58,693 nucleotides of DNA from the NCBI GenBank assembly GCA_963705505.1, contig CAVPJU010000007.1, positions 1 to 58,693 of the forward strand. The letters are read 5' to 3'. A model generated the notes under the pieces. The model saw nothing but the letters and a program-made list of their open reading frames with translations. It was not told where the DNA came from and did not search any database. Positions 10,247 to 20,917 of the stretch are shown piece after piece. A program made the position numbers and the translations under genes. Source of the stretch: an uncultured bacterium (GTDB taxonomy: Bacteria; Desulfobacterota_D; UBA1144; Nemesobacterales; UBA2774). Every line of letters starts with the position of its first letter. Position 1 is the stretch's first letter.

Positions 10247-11465
10247 ATGCGTGTATTAATAGCAGGAGTGGACGGTTATCTGGGATGGCCGCTCGCCATG
10301 TACCTCACGAAAAGAGGACACACGGTCGCGGGCGCGGATAACTATTACAGGAGGGACTGGGTGCAGGAGATGGGCTCCCAGTCGGCGACACCTATACGGA
10401 GGATGACGGAGAGGCTCGAGGCGTTCCGTGAGAATTTCGACGAGAACCTGAGGTTCTTCAAGGGAGACCTCACGAGCTACAATTTCGTCGAGAATATGTT
10501 CAGGAGCTTCAAGCCCGAAGCCGTCGTGCACCTGGCCGAGATGCCCTCGGCTCCCTACAGCATGATAGACGTCGAGCACACCACGTGGACGCAGGTGAAC
10601 AACATAGTGGGCACGCTCAACATGCTTTACGCAATGAGGGACATATGCCCCAGACGCCCATCTCGTGAAGCTAGGGACGATGGGGGAATACGGTACGCCC
10701 AACATGGACATACCCGAGGGGTTCTTCGAGATAGAGTACAGGGGCAGGAAGGACAGGCTCCCCTTCCCGAGACAGGCCGGGAGCTGGTACCACCAGTCGA
10801 AGGTGCACGATTCCAATAACGTCATGTTCGCATGCAGGGTATGGGGCCTCCGCTCGACCGATATAATGCAGGGGGTGGTCTTCGGGACGCGCATTGACGA
10901 AATGGGAGACGACGAGCGCCTGTTCACGCGCTTTGACTTCGATCAGAGCTTCGGGACCGCCATAAACAGGTTCTGCTGCCAGGCAGTAGTCGGCGAGCCC
11001 ATATCCCCTTTCGGCAAAGGGCACCAGAAGAGGGGATTCCTGCCGCTCAGGGACTCGATGCAGTGCCTGACGTTAGCGCTCGAGAACCCGCCCGCGGAAG
11101 GCGAATACAGGGTGTTCAACCAGTTCCAGGAGGTCTACGACATAACGGAGCTTGCGGAGATGGTCCACAGGGTCGCGGGCGCTCTCGGCATAAAAGCCGA
11201 GATACGCAATATCGAGAACCCCCGGAAGGAGATGGAAGACCACTACTACAACCCCGACCACAGACACTTGCTCGACCTCGGGTACGAGCCGACAACGGAC
11301 ATAGAGTCCGAGATCGCGCTCATGCTCGGCGACCTTATCAAATACCGCGACAGGATAGAGGCCCGGCGCGAGGTCCTTATGCCCGACGTGAGGTGGGACG
11401 GCAGGAGGGAGAAATGCTCCTATATAGAGACCGCGGCGGCAATGAAAAAAATACGAGCAGTATGA
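10247..11465 (+). CDS. sqdB: UDP-sulfoquinovose synthase (one frameshift near 10650)
   Basis: GVDGYLGWP, SAPYSM, KLGTMGEYGTPN, YHQSKVHDS and TDIMQGVVFG are SqdB/SQD1/Agl3 motifs. Confidence 0.88.
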
Positions 11466-11473
11466 GGTATTGA

Positions 11474-12466
11474 ATGAAGATACTTATTACAGGCGGATGC
11501 GGGTTCATCGGCACAAACTTAATCGATCTCCTTCTCGGCTCCGGCAGATACGAAATCTCCATACTCGACAACCTCTCCGCCGGCAATATCAGGTACTTGA
11601 ACGACGTCCTCGGCTCCCGCAGGCTGGGATTATCGTACGTCGACTTCACGAAGGGCGATATCAGGAACATGTCCACGGTAATGCAGGCGTGTAAAGGCGT
11701 CCATGCGGTGGTACATCTGGCGGCGCATGCGGGCGTCGTCCCTTCGGTGGAAGACCCTTTCTACGATGCGGAGGTGAACGTGTCCGGCACGCTCAATCTG
11801 CTCGAAGCGTCCCGCAAGGCGGGCGTGGAGAAATTCGTCTTCGCCTCCTCAAACGCCCCTCTCGGAATACAGTCCCCCCCCATGAACGAAGAGAAGGCGC
11901 CACGGCCGCTCTCGCCCTACGGCGCGAGCAAGCTCGCGGGTGAGGGTTACTGCTCGGCGTTCTGGGGATCATACGGGCTTCCGACCGTTACGCTCCGCTT
12001 CTCCAACGCATACGGGCCCTGGAGCCTCCACAAGGCGAGCGTCGTCTCGAAGTTCATCAAGGACGGGATGTCGAAAGGCAGCTTCACGATTTACGGCGAC
12101 GGCTCACAGACGAGGGATTTCATATACGCGGAGGACATTTCGAGGGCGATAGCGCAGGTCCTGGAATCGCACTCGAAAGATATCTACGGAGAGACGTTTC
12201 ATCTGGGCACAGGGAGGGAGACGAAAATCAACGACCTCGCGGAAACCGTAAAGCGCCTCTTCGGCGGCAGCGTCGAGACGGCATACGAGCCCGAGAGGGC
12301 GGGAGAGATAAAGAGGAACTATTCGGACATAGGGAAGGCCGTCAAAATTCTCGGCTTCAGACCCTCGGTCGGTCTCGAGGACGGCGTGAAAAAGGTGTTC
12401 GACTGGTTCATATATCAGGGGACGGAAGCCGTAAAGAAAGCGGTCGCGGTTTCGGGGAGCGATTGA
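11474..12466 (+). CDS. NAD-dependent nucleotide-sugar epimerase/dehydratase
   Basis: TGGCGFIG, SPYGASK, GDGSQTRDF. Confidence 0.9.
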   Translation: MKILITGGCGFIGTNLIDLLLGSGRYEISILDNLSAGNIRYLNDVLGSRRLGLSYVDFTKGDIRNMSTVMQACKGVHAVVHLAAHAGVVPSVEDPFYDAEVNVSGTLNLLEASRKAGVEKFVFASSNAPLGIQSPPMNEEKAPRPLSPYGASKLAGEGYCSAFWGSYGLPTVTLRFSNAYGPWSLHKASVVSKFIKDGMSKGSFTIYGDGSQTRDFIYAEDISRAIAQVLESHSKDIYGETFHLGTGRETKINDLAETVKRLFGGSVETAYEPERAGEIKRNYSDIGKAVKILGFRPSVGLEDGVKKVFDWFIYQGTEAVKKAVAVSGSD

Positions 12467-12481
12467 GGGGGATATGCGGAA

Positions 12482-13549
12482 ATGAAGCTCCTATCTCTGA
12501 CACTGCCTTACCTGCTTCTCGTGACGTTTTATTCCGGGAACCTGTCGAATTTCAGTCCCGAAATGTTAACCGCGATCAACGGCTCGCCCTATAAGGGCGT
12601 TGCAGTCCCGCTCATAGGCGCTTACGACACGGGAAAGTACACGATGGGGGATTTCACCCCTTCGGTAAAAAGGTTAAGAGCGGGCGATGCGAAAGACGTA
12701 TGGCCCTGGGTCTTCTTCAACCGGTTCATAGGACATAAAAAGGGTAGCAGGTCCCTTTCCGAAAAGGCCGATAATATTTATTTCAATTCGATAGATGCAA
12801 TTGACATTTATAATCGGGCGGGAGCCCTCGACGACTTTTACGGTATATGGAAAATGTCGCTCGAGATCGCAAAGCAGCTGGACTCCCCGGGGATAGTCGT
12901 CGACTCCGAGGCCTATAATAATTACGATATATATGAAATTTCATACATCGCAAGAGAGGTGGGGAAACCGGAGGATGAAGTAAAGAAAAGGCTTCTTGAA
13001 ATAGGAAAGGATCTCGCGCGAGTCGCTGATGAAACATACCCCGGTGCGACCATATGGTTCCTCTTCACCGGATTAGGGAGCCCGATGAGATCGCTCAACC
13101 CTTTTTCTGAGAAAGAATACATGTCGGTCACATACATAATTAAAGGGATGCTAGAGTACGCAAAGGAAAGCGGCTCGAAGCTCAAATTCGTAAGCGGCGG
13201 AATGCTTTCTCTTGGCTATTGTTACGAATCACTTAATGGCTTAGAGAATAAAATCCGATCCAGAAATGCTGACTTCGAAGACCCTTTAAACATGTACCCT
13301 AATCTCCTTCTCGGCGGATCAATAGCCCTTTGGGCGGATGCAAAACTAAAAAAAGAAGGTTATTTTACAAAAGGCATATGCGGAAAAAGCAAACTAAAAG
13401 ATCTCAGGGATTTTAAACCTCTTATAAAATACCTTTTTGAATCATACCGATACGTCTGGATATATACAGACGGTACGCTCGGATATAATCCCTACGACCC
13501 GAAAAGCGCCTCCGATTACAATATGACAATAGGCGGAATAATCAAATGA
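12482..13549 (+). CDS. exported hypothetical protein, possible TIM-barrel glycoside hydrolase
   Basis: N-terminal hydrophobic segment; GIVVDSEAY acidic motif. Confidence 0.55.
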   Translation: MKLLSLTLPYLLLVTFYSGNLSNFSPEMLTAINGSPYKGVAVPLIGAYDTGKYTMGDFTPSVKRLRAGDAKDVWPWVFFNRFIGHKKGSRSLSEKADNIYFNSIDAIDIYNRAGALDDFYGIWKMSLEIAKQLDSPGIVVDSEAYNNYDIYEISYIAREVGKPEDEVKKRLLEIGKDLARVADETYPGATIWFLFTGLGSPMRSLNPFSEKEYMSVTYIIKGMLEYAKESGSKLKFVSGGMLSLGYCYESLNGLENKIRSRNADFEDPLNMYPNLLLGGSIALWADAKLKKEGYFTKGICGKSKLKDLRDFKPLIKYLFESYRYVWIYTDGTLGYNPYDPKSASDYNMTIGGIIK

Positions 13550-14832
13550 CGATTCTCAATTTGACCTCAGTCACTAAGAGCTTATATACGAACATCACTG
13601 TGCAACGAATCTTCTCCAATATCAGCTGGGGCATTATAAGCCAGGTCGGCGGCAAAGGTATTTTTTTTCTTGTAACAGTTTATTTAGCCCGAGTACTGGG
13701 CACAGAGGAATACGGACTCTTCACCTACGCCCAGTCAATCGTTCTCTATTTTTGGATTGCCGTCGACCTTGGAATAGATATGTACGGCTCAAGAGAAATA
13801 GCAAGCGACAAGTCAAACGCCTCAAACATCATTAATCCTCTTGTAACACTTAGAATAATAGGCGGTTTGGTCGCATTTGCCGCCTTTATACCGATCTTGA
13901 TTTTTATCAAGCATTCTACGAGTCAAAGGCTTTTATTTATGGGATGCGCTCTTTATCTGATAACACGTGCAATAAGCGTTGAATGGGTTATGAGAGGATT
14001 TGAAAAATTCAAGTATATAACCATAGCAAATTTCGCTACCTTCATAACCATGCTGTTAGCGATGATCATTTTTGTCAGGGGAAAGGACAACCTGGTGAGT
14101 GCATCCTTTCTGTGGTCTTTATGCTATCTATTTGGAGGAATTGTTCTGCTCATCTTTCTGTATGAGAAGCTGGGAATAAGAATTGAGCCCGTATTTGATA
14201 TCGGAAATTGGCTTCTGCACCTGAGGAAATCTATACATTTCACGATATCGGGAGGGTTGTTAGCCCTTAGTCAATATCTACCGATAATATTCTTAGGCCT
14301 CCTTGCGAGCGCAAACGAAGTCGGACTTTTCTCTGCACCCTACGGTCTGGTCTTAGGATTAGTTTTTGTCATATCCTTATTTCCTTATTCCTTGTATCCT
14401 ATTTTTTCCGAATTGTATATCAGTGAGAAGAAGAAATTCGACAGACTGCACAATACGTATATGTGGTCTTCGACAATATTGGGCTTATGCATGGCTCTTA
14501 TCGGATTTATTTATGCAGGAGATATAATTCTGCTAATATACGGAAAAAGTTACTCCGGCAGCATCCCGCTATTCAAAATACTTGTATGGTTCGTGTTCCT
14601 CTATTCCATAAGATCGGTTTACGGCATAGTAATCGCCGCTTCGGGGCTACAGAAATTTTATACCCTTGCCTCGACATTCGCGGTGATATTTTTCACTACA
14701 GTTTTTTTCTTGCTTAAATTTCTTTTTCATGTTTCCTACCCCGTTTCCGCATGTATTTCCATATTGGGTAGAGAGATAGGAACCATCCTTATTCTAAGAT
14801 TCGTATGGGAGTTAAAGAGTGAAAAATATTGA
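13546..14832 (+). CDS. wzx: Wzx flippase
   Basis: LARVLGTEEYGLF, DLGI...REIA, many TM segments. Confidence 0.88.
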   Translation: MTILNLTSVTKSLYTNITVQRIFSNISWGIISQVGGKGIFFLVTVYLARVLGTEEYGLFTYAQSIVLYFWIAVDLGIDMYGSREIASDKSNASNIINPLVTLRIIGGLVAFAAFIPILIFIKHSTSQRLLFMGCALYLITRAISVEWVMRGFEKFKYITIANFATFITMLLAMIIFVRGKDNLVSASFLWSLCYLFGGIVLLIFLYEKLGIRIEPVFDIGNWLLHLRKSIHFTISGGLLALSQYLPIIFLGLLASANEVGLFSAPYGLVLGLVFVISLFPYSLYPIFSELYISEKKKFDRLHNTYMWSSTILGLCMALIGFIYAGDIILLIYGKSYSGSIPLFKILVWFVFLYSIRSVYGIVIAASGLQKFYTLASTFAVIFFTTVFFLLKFLFHVSYPVSACISILGREIGTILILRFVWELKSEKY

Positions 14833-15490
14833 TAAAGTAGCAACCTTCTGGCATAGACAGCTGAGCAACGAATTCTCCCTGTTTTCAGGGGAAGAGTTGT
14901 ATTTCAGAAGTCTTCTGAGCATTGCGAGAAACAGCAACAAGATACTCGAAGTGGGTGTAGGTAAAGGCAGAATGGTCAGTATATTGAGAGATAACGGCAT
15001 TGAGGCAGAGTTTCACGGCGTGGACATCACTGAAAATGCGATACAGTCCGGGACTATCGCGGTAATAGGTGACGCCAGAAAGCTGCCTTACGATGATGAT
15101 ACTTTCGACCTAGTCTATTCCCTGGGCGTCATCGAACACTTTCCTGAAACATATAAAGCTGTAGAGGAACACATGAGGGTAGTAAAAAAAGGTGGCCATG
15201 TATTGATTACTACTCCTCATCTCTCTGTCTTTACACCATTGAGATATATGCTTTATCTAATTACTGACAGAAAGTTCGGCTCCTTCGAGGAGATAAGAGG
15301 AAGAAATATTAAACTGGATGTAATGAAGCAATATTTCTCAGATTCCAAATTGCATATCATGGAATATGGTGTTTACGGAATGTTTGGGATCACGCGCCTA
15401 TTAAGAACACTTAAGTTACAGATCGTTCAGAAAAAGCTCCAAGAAAAGTCGCCAATTGGCGCGTACCTTTATGTAATAGGTACTAAATAG
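14819..15490 (+). CDS. class I SAM methyltransferase (tandem paralog 1)
   Basis: LEVGVGKG, GDARKLPY..FDLVYSLGVIEHF. Confidence 0.88.
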   Translation: MKNIDKVATFWHRQLSNEFSLFSGEELYFRSLLSIARNSNKILEVGVGKGRMVSILRDNGIEAEFHGVDITENAIQSGTIAVIGDARKLPYDDDTFDLVYSLGVIEHFPETYKAVEEHMRVVKKGGHVLITTPHLSVFTPLRYMLYLITDRKFGSFEEIRGRNIKLDVMKQYFSDSKLHIMEYGVYGMFGITRLLRTLKLQIVQKKLQEKSPIGAYLYVIGTK

Positions 15491-15578
15491 CGTTCCCTGC
15501 GCAGTCTCACAATCGCCTCTCATCTTGCGGCGAATATCATTATTGTACAAATCTTAAATTTTATCCGAGACACCAAAA

Positions 15579-16256
15579 ATGAAGAATCTTATAAAAGTAG
15601 CTAGTTATTGGAAGGTACGTCTGGATGACAACTACTGTCTGTCTCCCGGCGAGGAAGTGTATTTCCCCGGCTTACTAAGTATTGCAACGAAAAGTAAAAA
15701 AATACTCGAAGTAGGGGTAGGAAAAGGCAGAATGGTAAATATACTTCGTGATAATGGCGTAGATGCGGAATTCTATGGCGTAGATATAACAGATAACGCT
15801 AAACGGTCTGGCTCGATTGCGGTAATGGGCGATGCGAGGAAACTCCCTTTTCGTGACAACACGTTTGACCTGGTTTATTCCCTCGGAGTTATCGAACATT
15901 TTCCTGAAACCCCCCGCGCAGTTGAGGAACATGCGCGTGTGGCGAAAAAGGGAGGGCACGTATTAATTACTACTCCGCATCTTTCAGTCTTTACGCCATT
16001 ACGATACGTGGGTTATCAAATTTTTCACAGGAAGTACGGTTCATTCGAGGAGATAGAAGGAAGGAATATTAGACTGCCGGTAATGAAACGATATTTTACG
16101 GATTCTAACTTGGATATAAGAAATTTCGGCGTTTATGGAACATATGTAATCTGGAGACTCTTACGGAGGATCAAGCTTGACGTTCTCCAGAGAAAGATAC
16201 AGGAAATGACCCCTATTGGTGCGTTTCTTTATGTCACAGGCATGAAAAAGGATTAA
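15579..16256 (+). CDS. class I SAM methyltransferase (tandem paralog 2)
   Basis: Same motifs; colinear with and highly similar to 14819-15490. Confidence 0.88.
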   Translation: MKNLIKVASYWKVRLDDNYCLSPGEEVYFPGLLSIATKSKKILEVGVGKGRMVNILRDNGVDAEFYGVDITDNAKRSGSIAVMGDARKLPFRDNTFDLVYSLGVIEHFPETPRAVEEHARVAKKGGHVLITTPHLSVFTPLRYVGYQIFHRKYGSFEEIEGRNIRLPVMKRYFTDSNLDIRNFGVYGTYVIWRLLRRIKLDVLQRKIQEMTPIGAFLYVTGMKKD

Positions 16257-16386
16257 AACAAGCCGCGTAGCATGAAAGACTCTTCCAAGCAAAACTCATG
16301 GGGAAATAATTCTGAATGCGATACAAAAGTACTTTCGCGATTATTTATAGTGCGGTGTGTCGTGGGAAAATTAAATCAGAAAATCG

Positions 16387-17742
16387 GTGAACCTGGGTAA
16401 GCCTAAATACTCCCTGCAATCGATTAATTCAATGAGAATTTCAGAGAACATTTCACAAAAGGATTTCTACAGCAACTCAACTGTGTCCGACAAACCTAAA
16501 TCGATAGGCATAACTGAATTATTATTCTTAACATATATTTTAATTCTACCGATCGAATCCAGCGATTATCTGGAGTTCTCTATTGAATTTATTCATATAT
16601 CTGTAGTCGATCTTTTATTGTTGGCCGTCCTCTACCTTGTCTTAATAAAGAGGATTGGTTCCAATTCTCGTCTATCTTTTCTTCCTTTAAAATTCGTCTT
16701 GTTGTTTCTATTGGCGATTCTTTCATCGATGATAAGCTTATTTTATCTTCCATGGGATGAAGATATATCATATGACCTGAAAGTGACTCTTAATCTTTTT
16801 GAATACCTGGCAATATTCTACATAACTACATCCCTGGTACGAGATATAGCCATGTTAAACAAAATCCTATTTACTCTCTGCATCAGCTTACTCGGATTTG
16901 CGTTCTTGACGATTCTCAAAAGTATCGGCATAGACTTACCCGGTTATCAAAGGGGGGATGAGATACAGGTCGGCCCTTTCTATGTTGGGGCGGTTGCTTT
17001 GTTCAACAGCATTCTGCCTGTTTCTCTCTTGACCCTGGGGGCTTTCCCCATTGTTATAAGCGGTATTGTGAGTAAAAGGCTGTGGATTATCATGCCTTTG
17101 GTAGCGATTATTCTCTTGTCCTCAATTCTGACATACTCGCGTAGTCTGTGGATAGCATTGACTCTTCAGGCTTTTCTCTCTCTATATTTTACGTTTTACT
17201 CAAAGAGAAATTTAATGAAAAAAATTCTATTCGTTGCTTTTATCTCGGCTCTTCTTTTGATTTTATATGAGTACTTTAACAAGACGTATCTTTTTATAGA
17301 AGGTATTCGCCCCTCTACAGTTCAGATGAGATTGAGCGGATACCAGATTGCGATCGATATGGTTTTATCAAAAATACATTTCTTATTCTTCGGAGCGGGG
17401 GAAGGATCGTATATTCAGACCTATGCCTGGTTTACCGGAGAGGAAATAGTTGTACATAATTTCGTTTTAAACATCCTGGTCAGCAAGGGCTTAGTAACAT
17501 TGTCGCTTATTCTATCCGTAATATCTATGATCATCTACAACCTGTTTAAAATCAGAAAAACCAATTCCAATAAAATAAATTCGTATTCTATCTTATTCCT
17601 TCTTTCGATCTTCGGTATGATTGTCGAGGGAATGATGGCGCCAATTACCAACTCACTCATATTCTGGACTTACCTGGCACTTGCATACTCTTTTATTTTG
17701 ATCGTGAAAAGGAGAATACCATTCTCAAAATCCTATATATAA
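16387..17742 (+). CDS. wzy: Wzy polymerase/O-antigen ligase family
   Basis: Multi-TM; LTYSRSLW, FFGAGEG, VHNFVL. Confidence 0.75.
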   Translation: MNLGKPKYSLQSINSMRISENISQKDFYSNSTVSDKPKSIGITELLFLTYILILPIESSDYLEFSIEFIHISVVDLLLLAVLYLVLIKRIGSNSRLSFLPLKFVLLFLLAILSSMISLFYLPWDEDISYDLKVTLNLFEYLAIFYITTSLVRDIAMLNKILFTLCISLLGFAFLTILKSIGIDLPGYQRGDEIQVGPFYVGAVALFNSILPVSLLTLGAFPIVISGIVSKRLWIIMPLVAIILLSSILTYSRSLWIALTLQAFLSLYFTFYSKRNLMKKILFVAFISALLLILYEYFNKTYLFIEGIRPSTVQMRLSGYQIAIDMVLSKIHFLFFGAGEGSYIQTYAWFTGEEIVVHNFVLNILVSKGLVTLSLILSVISMIIYNLFKIRKTNSNKINSYSILFLLSIFGMIVEGMMAPITNSLIFWTYLALAYSFILIVKRRIPFSKSYI

Positions 17743-17768
17743 GCGGTGTTCGGGGAAAAGAATTATCG

Positions 17769-18812
17769 TTGCTCTCCGATCTGGAAAGGAATAAGAGGTT
17801 AACTTTCAAAGAGGTTAATCTGCATCTGCGCTCAAGAGGAATGTATACGTCCATTAAGAGTATATTGCAAGTTTTTGAGATGGTGAATAAATTCAAACCC
17901 GATCTGATATTATTGGAGTGGCCCGGTTTTTTATCCGCAGTTTCCTTAATAATTAAGAGAATACGCAAGGTACCGCTGATCGTCAGAGTAAAAGGGGATC
18001 TCTGGCAAACGTATGCCGAAATAGACCATAACCTGCCTCTATATGAAAAGCTTGCTAAATATTTGAATTTTAAAGCAGGCAATTTGATCTTGAAGCACTC
18101 TGACGCAATCTTGCCGATTTCTAATCGAATAGGAAAGGTCACAAGTAAAAATCTCCAAATGAGCAAACCGATGTATACGGTTTATATACCGTTTATTGAG
18201 ACCCCGGATAAGGATACTATTAATTTAGAGAGATCAGCTGCTTTCATTAACAACACGCATGAAGAGTATGTTTTAACAGTTACCAATTTCAATTTCTGGG
18301 CCAAAGTTGAGCCATTGCAGCACGCAATAAACAATATATCTCCCATCATAAAAGATCTGGGGGTTAAATGGCTGATACTAGGTGACGGATTTTTTTTTGA
18401 AAGGTTCAAACAATCGATAAAAGAATCGATCGATTCGGGAAGCGTCAGGCTCATGGGATGGCAAAACCCGAACTCATTTTACAAGAATGCCAAAGCGCTT
18501 ATTTATATTAGCGGGATGGATGGACTACCCAATGTTTTGCTGGAGGCATCGCATTTCAGGTTGCCCATAGTAATAAACAAAGAATGTGACTCGGTTGAGT
18601 TTATCGTTAATGGTTATAACGGAATTATAGCGGATTTTGATGATTGTAATACGATAAGAGAGGTACTAGATAGAATCGTCAACGATGATGAATATCGAAA
18701 CACAATGAGCAACAATTCATACTCATATTTACAGAAGCACTTTTCCATAAAACAAGTCAGCTCACAATTAGAAAAAGCGATAAATAACAGTCTTGGGAAC
18801 TCCGGAAACTAA
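17769..18812 (+). CDS. GT4 glycosyltransferase
   Basis: DGLPNVLLEA motif, GT-B layout. Confidence 0.85.
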   Translation: MLSDLERNKRLTFKEVNLHLRSRGMYTSIKSILQVFEMVNKFKPDLILLEWPGFLSAVSLIIKRIRKVPLIVRVKGDLWQTYAEIDHNLPLYEKLAKYLNFKAGNLILKHSDAILPISNRIGKVTSKNLQMSKPMYTVYIPFIETPDKDTINLERSAAFINNTHEEYVLTVTNFNFWAKVEPLQHAINNISPIIKDLGVKWLILGDGFFFERFKQSIKESIDSGSVRLMGWQNPNSFYKNAKALIYISGMDGLPNVLLEASHFRLPIVINKECDSVEFIVNGYNGIIADFDDCNTIREVLDRIVNDDEYRNTMSNNSYSYLQKHFSIKQVSSQLEKAINNSLGNSGN

Positions 18813-19992
18813 GAAATTGCACAATCCAACTCTCTCAAACAAGAAGATAATTCATATAAGCGCATGGGGTAGGACCTTCACGCAGTTCAGCTTGCCAATT
18901 ATCAAAAAACTTGATGAGATATCTGAAACACAAATTATATGTTGCCCCTATGAGCAAGAACACGTCGAAAAGCTCCGTCAAGAAGGATTCAAAGTTATAA
19001 ACCGCAGAATAAGCCAGCGTTTCGAGTCAGGCATTTTTCATCAGATTATTAAGTTGTACAAATTTCTAAAACGAAACGAGTTTGATGTTTGTGTGACACA
19101 CGAACCTCTTGGCGCACTGATCGGATTGCCGGCAGCCTATCTTGCACGCATCCCGGTAAAAATATACCAGACCGGAGGTTTGAAATATTCACCCGACGTC
19201 AGAGGTTATAAGAATATTCTGTATAAGTATGGAGAGCTTTCTATAATGCAAATGGCTGATGCCGTATTAACCGTGAACATGGAAGATTATAACTACTTGC
19301 ACAATATCAAATCTTTAACTCCCAAAGCATATTATGTGGGTCCCAGAGATGGGTGCGGTGTGGATACGAATAAATTTAGTCCTAGTACAAGAAAAGCGTA
19401 TCGAGACGAGGCAAGAAAAGAGCTGGGGATATATGATGACACGACTGTAATTGGCTATATCGGCAGGGTCGTTTGGGAAAAGGGTTTCAAAGAAATTATA
19501 GAATCGGCAAAATTATTACAGAAAATGAGATTAAAGTACGCGTTTTTAATATTGGGAGACGGTCTTGATCTCGAAGATGTTCGTAGGCGGATATACAGCG
19601 AATCCTTAAACGATTATTTTATATTTCCCGGGTATAAATTCAGACTAAATTACTACGTGTCTGCTTTCGACATCTTTATCTTGCCTTCATATAGAGAAGG
19701 ACTCCCTATATCGTTACTCGAGGCCATGGCTATGGGAATTCCATCCATAGCTACCAATATAAGAGGGTGTAGACAATTAATAGCTAATAAAATAACGGGG
19801 ATATTAATACCAGCAAGAGATTCCGAAGCTCTTACTAATGCAATATGCTGTTATGCTAAATTCCATGATTTTGCAAAGATTGTGTCAAGCAAAGCTGCAC
19901 ATGAAATTGCAACTATGTATTCCGAAGAAGTAATGGTAGATAAAACATTGCAGACATATCTAGACATAGTCAACAAAAAATTCAAACATTGA
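18793..19992 (+). CDS. GT4 glycosyltransferase
   Basis: GRVVWEKG; SYREGLPISLLEAMA. Confidence 0.9.
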   Translation: MGTPETKKLHNPTLSNKKIIHISAWGRTFTQFSLPIIKKLDEISETQIICCPYEQEHVEKLRQEGFKVINRRISQRFESGIFHQIIKLYKFLKRNEFDVCVTHEPLGALIGLPAAYLARIPVKIYQTGGLKYSPDVRGYKNILYKYGELSIMQMADAVLTVNMEDYNYLHNIKSLTPKAYYVGPRDGCGVDTNKFSPSTRKAYRDEARKELGIYDDTTVIGYIGRVVWEKGFKEIIESAKLLQKMRLKYAFLILGDGLDLEDVRRRIYSESLNDYFIFPGYKFRLNYYVSAFDIFILPSYREGLPISLLEAMAMGIPSIATNIRGCRQLIANKITGILIPARDSEALTNAICCYAKFHDFAKIVSSKAAHEIATMYSEEVMVDKTLQTYLDIVNKKFKH

Positions 19993-20104
19993 TGGGTAGT
20001 AGTCTTTCTAGTTTAAATAAATATCGCAAAAAGATTATGAGATGGTTCAGAAAGTAAATAATTGCAGTCGAAACGCCAGTCACATATAAAACAGGGGATA
20101 GATC

Positions 20105-20790
20105 ATGGATGAGATAGTCCGTATAAAAGAAGCGTACGCCCGAAGATGTGATTTAGATAAAAGCTGGCTTTACTCCCATCTTAATCCTTCAGCCCTTTTC
20201 ATATACCAGGAGAGAGAACGGGCGATCGTGGACGTGCTAGCCGCAAATGGCTACGACGACCTCTCAGACAAGCGTGTAATCGACGTCGGATGCGGCACGG
20301 GCGTCACGCTTAGAGATTTCGTCAAATATGGAGCCTCGCCTCAAAACTTGAGCGGCATCGACCTGCTCCCGGACAGGATGAGCAGGCACGAGCACTCTCC
20401 CCCGGCATGGAATTCACCTGCGGGAACGCAGAAACTCTTCCCTACGCGGACGGCTCGTTCGATATCGTTTTATGCTTCATGGTATTCACGTCCGTGCTCG
20501 ACGACAATATGAAGCGGAAGATTGCAAGCGAGATGACGAGGGTGCTCAAGCCCTCCGGCATCATAATATGGTACGACTTCCACATGAATAACCCTTACAA
20601 CCCCGACGTGAGGGGCGTCAAGTATAACGAGATACTGAGTCTCTTCCCCGGCTGCGCCGTCAGACTCAGACGAATCATTCTCGCCCCTCCCCTTCTCAGG
20701 ATAATCACTCCGTACTCTTTAACACTCTGCCACCTGCTCCAGGGCTTAGGGATATTCAACACCCATTATCTGGGTGTCATCAGGAAATAA
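20105..20790 (+). CDS. class I SAM methyltransferase (frameshift near 20380)
   Basis: IDVGCGTG in 20105-20512; LPYADGSFDIV...RVLKPSG in 20407-20790. Confidence 0.82.
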
Positions 20791-20917
20791 GATTAATCGT
20801 ATTCTTTAGAATCCCCAACGAAAAATCAGAGCCACGTCAATGGAAGATACGCAGAATAACAAATACCTCCAACGCCCTTTAAGATTTATAATCTATAAAT
20901 TGCGAGCAGAATGAGTC

